A stretch of 64,000 bases of DNA from Chitinophagales bacterium. GTDB lineage: Bacteria; Bacteroidota; Bacteroidia; Chitinophagales; JADJOU01. The notes beneath the pieces were generated by a model. The model did not search any database, was not told the origin of the DNA, and saw only the letters and a list, made by a program, of their open reading frames with translations. The translations under genes and the position numbers were made by a program. Below, piece by piece: positions 56,813 through 64,000 of the stretch; position 1 is the stretch's first letter, and the number at the start of each line of letters is the position of its first letter. The stretch lies in contig JAURJQ010000030.1 of the NCBI GenBank assembly GCA_030832185.1, positions 53,725 to 117,724 of the forward strand, given 5' to 3'.

Positions 56813-58432
56813 ATGAAGTCAAAAAATCTACTTTTGATATGCCTTAATCTAGCTTTTGCGCTGATTCGGGCACAGAATTTAACTCTACCGATAGATTTCC
56901 CTATATCTCTGGCCGGAAACTATGCAGAACTCCGAAAAAATCATTTTCATATGGGGTTGGACTTCCGAACAGATAATAAAGAAAATCTCAGAATTATAGC
57001 AGTAGAAGATGGTTATATATCCCGAATGGTGATAGCGCCAAACGGATATGGTAAGGCGATTTACATTCACCATCCGCAACAAGGATTTACCTCCGTATAT
57101 GCACATCTAAATGCCTTCAGGCCCGACATGGAGTGGTGGATTAATCAGGCTCAATATGCTAGACAGTTAAATGCAATCGATACATCCTTTGCCCAAGCTA
57201 AGTTTTTTGTAAAAAAAGGTGAGCATATTGCTTTTTCTGGCAATACAGGCAGCTCAGAAGGTCCACACCTTCATTTTGAAATACGAAATTTGCAAACAGA
57301 AAAAACAATTAACCCTCTACATTTTTATCCGCAGATAAAAGATACGATAGCTCCTAGTTTAAATAAAATCATTTTTTACCATGTCGACGGAGAGTCTATT
57401 TTTATCGATAAATTTTCAGCGAAAGAAATTAGTCAACAGACGGTGGAGTTAAATTCGAGTAGTATAGGTTTGGCGATATCAACTTTTGATAAAATGAATC
57501 AATCACCCAATGTGTTTGGTATATATGCATTGAGAGTCTATGTTGAGAATGAACGAATTTATCAGTTCAAGCTAGATAGTCTGGACTTCAACTGGCAGAG
57601 TCATATTCGAGCGGCCAGTGACTATGGTATAGGGGAAAATAATGTGTATAAAGCCTTTTATGAATCATGTAGCTTTAACCTAACAGATAGCGTTAGTGCA
57701 AATGGCATCATACACATACTGCCAAAAGAAAAAAAACAAGTTCGTATTGAAGTCTACGATTTTCATGGAAATACTTCTTCTGTAGAATTTTTTCTAACGT
57801 CTACAAATGAATTTAAACCGAATCAATCGAAAGCAATAGATTGCAGACAAGAACAAATTTTGACGGATCAAAAAAGTTTTCAGTTTCTCATACCAGCAAA
57901 TGGATTAGCGGAGAATTATGCGCTTAATTATACATTGGAAAAATTGGCTAGTTACGAATTATTCAAGATAAATCTCCTAAATCCTTCAGTAGCAGTTCTC
58001 ATGCCATTTAAATTATCCTATTTTGTCCCGCCATCGACTAAGGATATCCATAAGCTATATCTAGAATCTAAAATAGATAATAAGGTGAAATGCTATAAGG
58101 GGTTTTTACAGCAAAATATCCTTATCTTTCCAAAATTGAAAAACTATGGCACTTTAACAATCCGATATGACCATGCCAATCCTGAGGTCATTGGATTGCC
58201 TTTACGTCGACAGCTTTATCTTGTATTTACCGTCAAAGATAAAGAGTCAGGAATAGAAGATTATCAACTCTATATCAATGGTAAGTGGCGAAAACTCTAT
58301 TTTGATGAAAAAAATAATGAGTTGATTTATAAAATTATTTCAGAAGATAAAGGAAAGAAAGTCAAAGCCTTACTAGAAGTTACAGACCGAGTAGGAAATA
58401 AAAACAGTAAAACCTTGGAAATTTTATTGTAG
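56813..58432 (+). CDS. M23-family metallopeptidase with large C-terminal extension
   Basis: Signal peptide, then HMGLDF...GNTGSSEGPHLHFEIR (HxxxD / HxH), then ~380 aa of uncharacterised beta-rich sequence. Confidence 0.8.
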   Translation: MKSKNLLLICLNLAFALIRAQNLTLPIDFPISLAGNYAELRKNHFHMGLDFRTDNKENLRIIAVEDGYISRMVIAPNGYGKAIYIHHPQQGFTSVYAHLNAFRPDMEWWINQAQYARQLNAIDTSFAQAKFFVKKGEHIAFSGNTGSSEGPHLHFEIRNLQTEKTINPLHFYPQIKDTIAPSLNKIIFYHVDGESIFIDKFSAKEISQQTVELNSSSIGLAISTFDKMNQSPNVFGIYALRVYVENERIYQFKLDSLDFNWQSHIRAASDYGIGENNVYKAFYESCSFNLTDSVSANGIIHILPKEKKQVRIEVYDFHGNTSSVEFFLTSTNEFKPNQSKAIDCRQEQILTDQKSFQFLIPANGLAENYALNYTLEKLASYELFKINLLNPSVAVLMPFKLSYFVPPSTKDIHKLYLESKIDNKVKCYKGFLQQNILIFPKLKNYGTLTIRYDHANPEVIGLPLRRQLYLVFTVKDKESGIEDYQLYINGKWRKLYFDEKNNELIYKIISEDKGKKVKALLEVTDRVGNKNSKTLEILL

Positions 58433-58476
58433 AAAATATGTTATACAAGTTAGCAACCTAAAACAATAGTTCGCGA

Positions 58477-59376
58477 ATGGATGAGGTGAGAAAGCGTTTT
58501 CTGAACTATATTCAATATGAGAAAAGACTCTCTAAGAATACGCTCATAGCTTATGAGCAAGATTTGAATCAGTTTAGTTTATTTCTTCATGACAATTTTC
58601 AGCATGAGGATATGCCTACGGCCAATTCTAGCATGATTAGATCATGGACCATCTCTTTGATAGAAAAAAAAGATACAGCTACTACGGTCAACCGAAAAAT
58701 TTCTTGTCTAAAATCATTCTATAAGTTTTTACTTAAAAATGGGTCTATTCTGCAGAATCCGACCTCTAAAATCATTAGACCGAAAACGCCTAAGCGTCTA
58801 CCAAAAGATATATCTGCTGGAAAGCTTCACAACATCAAAGACAAACTAGAACTCAGCCTCGCCGAAGATAATTTTGCTGCTCGCCGAGACTATACAATGT
58901 TTATGACATTTTATTTATGTGGTCTACGTCGAAGTGAGCTCATAGATATGCAGTGGCAGCACATAGATCCGTCTCTGAAACAGATATCAGTCATAGGAAA
59001 GGGCAAAAAGCAGCGATTTATTCCTATTAATTCTCAACTCATAGAATTACTGTATAGTTATAAGCAGGAGATAAGTGATCAGAATATTATAGCGGAAAAT
59101 GAGCATGTTTTTATCTTAAAAAATGGGAAACAACTCTATCCTAATTTTGTGTATAGAACTATAAAAAAATACTTATTGGAGGTCACGTCTCAAAAGGGAA
59201 TTGGGCCACATTCTTTAAGACACAGTTTTGCTACTCATCTGCTAAACGAAGGCGCCGAACTCAATGCTATTAAAGGTCTACTGGGCCATAGCTCACTAGC
59301 CTCTACTCAGGTATATACACACAGCAGTATTGAAAAACTAAAACATATTCATAAATTATCTCACCCTAAATCTTAA
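58477..59376 (+). CDS. Tyrosine site-specific recombinase, XerC/XerD family
   Basis: 299 aa with a SAM-like N-terminal domain and catalytic RRSE...HSLRHSFATHLL...LGHSSLASTQVYTH. Confidence 0.85.
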   Translation: MDEVRKRFLNYIQYEKRLSKNTLIAYEQDLNQFSLFLHDNFQHEDMPTANSSMIRSWTISLIEKKDTATTVNRKISCLKSFYKFLLKNGSILQNPTSKIIRPKTPKRLPKDISAGKLHNIKDKLELSLAEDNFAARRDYTMFMTFYLCGLRRSELIDMQWQHIDPSLKQISVIGKGKKQRFIPINSQLIELLYSYKQEISDQNIIAENEHVFILKNGKQLYPNFVYRTIKKYLLEVTSQKGIGPHSLRHSFATHLLNEGAELNAIKGLLGHSSLASTQVYTHSSIEKLKHIHKLSHPKS

Positions 59377-59382
59377 AAACGT

Positions 59383-59739
59383 ATGAACAGAAAAATTCAA
59401 GCAGACGGATTCGTTGCAGATCTCAAATTGGTGGAGTTTATAGAAGCCAAAACGGACAAATTGATTACATTTCACGATCAAATCATCGATATTGATATCA
59501 AACTAAAAACGGATAGTCATCAAAAAATAAAGGATAAAATAGTGCATATTCTATGCCACATTCCCAGCAGTAATTTATTTGTAGAAGCTAAAGCCAAGTC
59601 GTTTGAAGAGGCTACAGATGAAGCAGTGGAAGATTTAAAAAGACAGATTAAGCGCAAGAAAGAAATAGCTTTAGGAAAGGCAACTAGTGGGTCAGCTGAA
59701 TCACTTCAGGATAGAGATTGGGAAGACTATGACGATTAA
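59383..59739 (+). CDS. hpf: Ribosome hibernation-promoting factor / RaiA (short form)
   Basis: 118 aa with FIEAKTDKL, LFVEAKAKSFEEATDEAVEDLKRQIKRKKE. Confidence 0.8.
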   Translation: MNRKIQADGFVADLKLVEFIEAKTDKLITFHDQIIDIDIKLKTDSHQKIKDKIVHILCHIPSSNLFVEAKAKSFEEATDEAVEDLKRQIKRKKEIALGKATSGSAESLQDRDWEDYDD

Positions 59740-60103
59740 TAAGTCCCGTTCTTCATTGACTGAATTAGATAATTTTTATCTTCAGCTTTCGGATCCAAAT
59801 AGAAGTGTATTTATAGAACTTCGTGAGATTATTTTATCCATATATAAGAATATAAGTCCAGAGTGGAAGTTTAAATTGCCCTTCTTTTATTATAATGGAA
59901 AGATGTTTTGTTATTTATGTTAACATAAAAAGTATAAGTAGCCATATATTGGTATCATTGATGGGAATAAAATTGATCATTCTGATTTGATAATGGAAGG
60001 ACGCAAACGAATAAATTTTTTTTTAGTAGATCCAGAGAAGGACATTGACGTTAAAAAAGTTCGAAAGATTTTAAATTTAACTATTTTAACTACTAATTCC
60101 TAG
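59729..60103 (+). pseudogene. DUF1801-like gene with two in-frame stop codons
   Basis: A single 125-codon frame reads ...KFKLPFFYYNGKMFCYLC*HKKYK*PYIGIIDGNKIDHSDLIMEGRKRINFFLVDPEKDIDVKKVRKIL.... The stops are TAA 59921-59923 and TAG 59939-59941. Confidence 0.55.
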
Positions 60104-60167
60104 GTTTCTATATTTAGCTAAATAGAATAAGATGTTTTCGCTGGATTAAAAGTTGAAAATAAATAAA

Positions 60168-61115
60168 ATGAAGTCATTAGCTGACATATTAAATATAGAG
60201 CATCCCATAATAGTAGCTCCTATGTTTCTCATATCTAATGTAGAAATGGTGGTAGCTGCCTGTGAGGCTGGTGCTTCAGGTGCTTTCCCGGCTTTAAATT
60301 ATCGAAGTTTAGATGATTTAAGACAGGCAATTCATGATATTCGCTCTAGAACATCAAAGCCATTTGGAGTCAATTTGATTGTCAATAAATCGAATATAAA
60401 ATATAAGGCACAGCTCGAACTATTGCTCGAAGAAAAAATCGATTATATTATTACATCATTAGGTAGCCCTCAGGAGACAATTAAATCATGTAAGCCGCTG
60501 GGAATAAAAGTTTTCTGTGATGTCATAGATGTCGTCTATGCAAAAAAAGTAGAAAAGATGGGGGCGGATGCCGTCATAGCGGTCAATAATAAGGCAGGAG
60601 GGCATTGTGGAAAGATCGATCCATTGACATTAATAAAAAATATTCAAGCAGTGTGCCAGATACCAATAATATCAGCAGGAGGCATCGGGAGAAAATCTCA
60701 GATAGATGAGGTGATGCAGCACGGTGCGATCGGAGTCTCTGTTGGTACTATATTTTTAGCTAGCGAAGAGGCAACTATATCCAAAGATTATAAAGATGCT
60801 TTAATTCAGTATGGCGAAAAGGATATTGTTTTGACCACTAAAATGTCTGGGTCGCATCTGACGGTGATTAATACACCTTATGTGCAGTCTCTGGGAACAA
60901 ATGCTAGCTTTTTGGAAAGACTGATGCATAAAAATAAATGGCTAAAAAAATATATAAAAATGATTATTTCTCTCAGGGGTATGAGAGCTATAGAAAAATC
61001 TACATTCAAATCAACTTATGAAACGGTCTGGTGCGCTGGGCCTTCTATCGAGTTCATTAAATCCGTGCGACCATTGAAAGAAATTATGAAAGATCTTACT
61101 GGTGATATTAGTTAG
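60168..61115 (+). CDS. Nitronate monooxygenase / FabK-like FMN oxidoreductase
   Basis: The ATG at 60168 gives MKSLADILNIEHPIIVAPM. Also GGHCG, AGGIG and GVSVGTIF. Confidence 0.8.
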   Translation: MKSLADILNIEHPIIVAPMFLISNVEMVVAACEAGASGAFPALNYRSLDDLRQAIHDIRSRTSKPFGVNLIVNKSNIKYKAQLELLLEEKIDYIITSLGSPQETIKSCKPLGIKVFCDVIDVVYAKKVEKMGADAVIAVNNKAGGHCGKIDPLTLIKNIQAVCQIPIISAGGIGRKSQIDEVMQHGAIGVSVGTIFLASEEATISKDYKDALIQYGEKDIVLTTKMSGSHLTVINTPYVQSLGTNASFLERLMHKNKWLKKYIKMIISLRGMRAIEKSTFKSTYETVWCAGPSIEFIKSVRPLKEIMKDLTGDIS

Positions 61116-61738
61116 ATATATGTAATTCCAAGAGGATAATCTTGGATTATCAGTTCAATGAGCTTTTGTTTTTTCTCTGGATGCCGCACAATATCATATT
61201 CACTTCCATTTATTATGACTATTCTATGTTGAGTCAACTGTTTGAAATAGGCGAGATAATTTTCATTGAGTTGTTCTAAATAACTGTCTTTTACATTGAT
61301 CTCGTAGTTTCTGCCACGCCGCAGAATATTACTTTTAAGTCTATCTATACTTTGATAAATATAGATAGTCAAATCAGGTACAGGTATCTGTTGAAACATG
61401 ATTTGAAAGAGTTTTTTGTATAGTTCTAGTTCGTCTGCTTTGAGGTTAATTGAAGCGAAAACAAGTGACTTGTAGAGTACAAAGTCACTTATTATTTTAT
61501 CTTGAAATAAATCCCGTTTTTCTATTTCGTTTTTTACCTGATGATATCGCGAGGCAAGGAAGGAGAGCTCTAGTGGAAAACTGTACTTATCCTTTTCTTC
61601 ATAAAATTTTACAAGAAAGGGGTTTTCTTCATATTCCTCAAGTAATAGCTTCGCTCCAAAGTATTGTGCTAGAAAAGCAGCTGTCGTGGTCTTTCCTGCG
61701 CCTATGACCCCTTCAATAGCTAAATAATTGTAATTCAA
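61112..61738 (-). CDS. Deoxynucleoside kinase
   Basis: 208 aa with P-loop IEGVIGAGKTT, a LLEEYEENPFL-type motif and RRGRNYE (the RxxxR lid). Confidence 0.85.
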   Translation of the reverse strand: MNYNYLAIEGVIGAGKTTTAAFLAQYFGAKLLLEEYEENPFLVKFYEEKDKYSFPLELSFLASRYHQVKNEIEKRDLFQDKIISDFVLYKSLVFASINLKADELELYKKLFQIMFQQIPVPDLTIYIYQSIDRLKSNILRRGRNYEINVKDSYLEQLNENYLAYFKQLTQHRIVIINGSEYDIVRHPEKKQKLIELIIQDYPLGITYI

Positions 61739-61807
61739 TTTTCTTTATTAAACTTCAGGTGTTGTTCAAAAAATGATTGAAAACTTTAGATTTTCGACAG
61801 ATGAAAA

Positions 61808-62296
61808 CTATTTTCCTTTATACTCATTGACCTCCAGCTGGTCTTCGCATTCCAGCAGCAAGTCGAGGATTGTAGCCCCCATGATCGGGTGATAAAGGTC
61901 TGGAGCTATTTCTGAGAGCGGAATTAGAGTAAATCTTCTTTCATGCAGAAATGGATGCGGTATGGTTAAATCCATTTCACATATCATTTCATCTTCATAC
62001 ATCAATATATCAATATCTATTTCACGTGGTCCCCATTTATAGGTTTCTTCGCGTTCCATGAGTTTTTCGATTTCAGCAATTTTTTCAAGAACTTTCTTAG
62101 GTTTTAATTTTGATTCAACCTCTAAGGCTTGATTGAGAAATTCATCTTGTTCATTCTCTCCCCAAGGTTGAGTTTCGTATACTTTTGATTTTTTAACTAT
62201 TTTCCCGATTTTCCCTTCCACTTGTTCTCGAGCCTTTTCGAGCTGTTTTAACCTATTGCCTATATTGCTTCCTAATAAAAGGTGTATCACTGCCAT
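61808..62296 (-). CDS. folK: 2-amino-4-hydroxy-6-hydroxymethyldihydropteridine diphosphokinase
   Basis: The ATG at 62296 gives MAVIHLLLGSNIGNR. Also YETQPWG, GPREIDIDIL and HPFLHERRF. Confidence 0.9.
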   Translation of the reverse strand: MAVIHLLLGSNIGNRLKQLEKAREQVEGKIGKIVKKSKVYETQPWGENEQDEFLNQALEVESKLKPKKVLEKIAEIEKLMEREETYKWGPREIDIDILMYEDEMICEMDLTIPHPFLHERRFTLIPLSEIAPDLYHPIMGATILDLLLECEDQLEVNEYKGK

Positions 62297-62341
62297 TTTT
62301 CTTATCTTTACAACAAAATTCAATAAAAAAAACTATTTAGT

Positions 62342-64000
62342 ATGAGAAATTTTCTAAAGACCTTATTGGCAGTAATTTTTGGAAATATAATTTTTTTCGG
62401 AATTTTCTTCTTATTGCTGACAGGATTGGCGCTAGGGATAGCTATGAGTGCGAAAGGGAGTAAAGTAGAGTTAAAAGAAGATCATATACTGACTTTAAAT
62501 ATTCGCAGTGGTTTGTCAGATTTGTCTCAGGACAAAAGTTTTGATCTCGGTATGGGACAGGGGAATCAAAGTACCATAAGCATCTATGAAATAATAGATG
62601 GTATAAAAAAGGCAAAAAATGACAAATCAATCAAAGCATTGTGGATCCAGATGAACTATAACGAGGAGCTAAGCTATGTTCAGATAGACATGCTGAGAGC
62701 GGCAATTAAAGATTTTAAGGCTAGTAAAAAACCAGTAGTGGCCTATGGTGAGGCTATATCTCAGAAGATGTACTACCTAGGTTCGGCATCAGATAAGGTT
62801 ATGGTAAATCCGCAAGGAGCTCTTGATGTGCGCGGTTTCGCTGCTCAATTGACTTTTTTCAAAAAGACTCTGGATAGATTAGAAATTAAACCACAAATCT
62901 TTTATGCAGGAAAATTCAAAAGTGCCACGGAGCCATTCAGGCTAGATAAGATGAGCGATGAGAATAAAGTGCAGATGAAAGAGTTGCTCTCCGATATTTC
63001 TAATTCCGTTCTTTCAAGTATTGCAGCCGACAGAAAAATAAATTTGGAAAATTTGAATTTAGCAATAAATGAGTTGCGAACAAGTATGCCTGAAGATGCA
63101 CTCAGTTCTGGTCTGATTGATAAAATAACCTACCTAGATGAAGCAGAAAAGGAACTTAAAAGCCTCATGAAGCTAGGAGAGAAAGCAGAATTGAAAAAAT
63201 TGACATTGTCAAATTACTTGGAAGATAAGTTTCCGTCATTTAAGAATGAAGGTATAGCAGTATATGTAGCTGAGGGTGATATCGTAGATGGAAAAGCAGA
63301 AGAAGGCAGTATAGGCTCAGAAGACATGGTTAAAGATATTCGAGCTATGGCAGAAGATAAAGATATTAAAGCCGTTGTAATTCGTGTCAATTCTCCAGGA
63401 GGCAGTGCTTTGGCTTCTGATGTTATCTTACGAGAGTTAGATATATTGAAAAAGAAAAAACCGCTGGTAGTTTCTATGGGCAACGTGGCGGCTAGTGGGG
63501 GTTATTATATAGCTAGTGGAGCAGAGAAAATATTCGCAGAGAAAAATACGATTACTGGTTCTATAGGTGTATTTGGTATCATCCCTAACATAGGACAGAT
63601 GATGGAAAATAAGTTGGGAGTTACATTTGATGAAGTTGAGTTGCATGAACATGCAGCTATGGGGGTTTATAAAAACTTCGATGCATTAGAGGCTACTAGA
63701 ATACAGCAGTCTATTGATAAAATTTACTTCAGTTTCAAATCAATCGTAGCAAAAGGAAGAAATATGAATATCGATAGTTTAGAAAACATAGCACAGGGTC
63801 GAGTCTGGAGTGGCACTAGAGCTAAGGAGCTGAAACTCGTAGATGAGATTGGTGGTCTAAAGGAAGCGATAGCCTATACTGCAAAGTCAAAGTCACTCGA
63901 TGCTTCCAACTATTTTTTCTTCAATAAAAGAAAAAGTGATTTTGAAATGCTTTTTGAAGAATTTTCAAACGAAGATGCCAAGTCATCTTTGGAGGAAAAA
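62342..64000 (+). CDS. sppA: Signal peptide peptidase SppA, 67K type (3' end outside window; absent from ORF track)
   Basis: The ATG at 62342 opens a frame with no stop to nt 64000 (553 codons). It has an N-terminal TM helix, and two ClpP/crotonase-like halves with RVNSPGGSALASD and GNVAASGGYYIA. Confidence 0.9.
   Translation, partial: MRNFLKTLLAVIFGNIIFFGIFFLLLTGLALGIAMSAKGSKVELKEDHILTLNIRSGLSDLSQDKSFDLGMGQGNQSTISIYEIIDGIKKAKNDKSIKALWIQMNYNEELSYVQIDMLRAAIKDFKASKKPVVAYGEAISQKMYYLGSASDKVMVNPQGALDVRGFAAQLTFFKKTLDRLEIKPQIFYAGKFKSATEPFRLDKMSDENKVQMKELLSDISNSVLSSIAADRKINLENLNLAINELRTSMPEDALSSGLIDKITYLDEAEKELKSLMKLGEKAELKKLTLSNYLEDKFPSFKNEGIAVYVAEGDIVDGKAEEGSIGSEDMVKDIRAMAEDKDIKAVVIRVNSPGGSALASDVILRELDILKKKKPLVVSMGNVAASGGYYIASGAEKIFAEKNTITGSIGVFGIIPNIGQMMENKLGVTFDEVELHEHAAMGVYKNFDALEATRIQQSIDKIYFSFKSIVAKGRNMNIDSLENIAQGRVWSGTRAKELKLVDEIGGLKEAIAYTAKSKSLDASNYFFFNKRKSDFEMLFEEFSNEDAKSSLEEK

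Noticed and set aside
58477-59376. Tyrosine recombinase as a marker of an integrated mobile element
   Set aside because: It has a XerC/XerD-like sequence and length. It is flanked by housekeeping genes (an M23 peptidase and hpf). There is no tRNA, no flanking direct repeats and no phage or transposon genes nearby.
59921-59941. Stop-codon reassignment or alternative genetic code as an explanation for the in-frame TAA/TAG
   Set aside because: TAA, TAG and TGA each terminate many conserved genes in this window at the expected protein lengths (for example groEL TAG, purH TAG, hppD TGA, prs TAA). The standard bacterial code therefore applies.
62442-63652. Three minus-strand ORFs (62-89 aa) listed in the track
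   Set aside because: They are all antisense to the long open sppA frame (62342 to the window end), which carries clear SppA motifs.

Overview
This is a 64-kb chromosomal segment from an AT-rich member of the Bacteroidota. That placement is inferred from gldG, Bat/aerotolerance genes, a long-tailed S16, an N-terminally extended Rho, and TAnnTTTG -7 promoter boxes that recur mostly 12-25 nt upstream of start codons. There are about 65 protein-coding genes, mostly housekeeping: dnaG (3' part), purH, rpsP, prs, rplY, dnaB, folB, nadD, metF, pth, scpA, pheS, rho, groES/EL, xth, cysS, trmD, rimM, a Xer-type recombinase, hpf, folK and sppA (5' part, absent from the supplied ORF track). I recognised no rRNA, tRNA, CRISPR array or mobile element. 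The stand-out region is 34370-40243, a seven-gene, tightly coupled operon. It holds three photolyase/cryptochrome-family (CPF) paralogues with three different architectures: an inverted-topology, FAD-domain-first NewPHL-like protein; a canonical-topology member without the WxW of the Trp electron-transfer chain; and a COG3046/FeS-BCP-like member that keeps only one of the four Fe-S cysteines. Four partners of unknown function are interleaved with them: DUF2071-like, TIGR03643-like, flavin-reductase-like, and a 48-aa DUF2256-like zinc ribbon that the ORF track missed. Other points worth a second look are listed here. (1) A promoter-plus-terminator-bounded candidate sRNA lies downstream of rplY. 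(2) An IcmF-like gene stops right after its B12 and GTPase domains. (3) A DUF1801-like gene carries two in-frame stops. (4) A secreted-protein gene is broken by two compensating A-run frameshifts. (5) A ribulose-phosphate-epimerase-like/CBS fusion sits beside DAHP synthase. (6) An atypical zinc-ribbon SDR lacks the catalytic Tyr. (7) A secreted amidohydrolase pair has only one intact metal site out of three modules. All family assignments rest on by-eye motif recognition and recalled reference sequences. No database search, HMM scan, RNA folding or composition calculation could be run.
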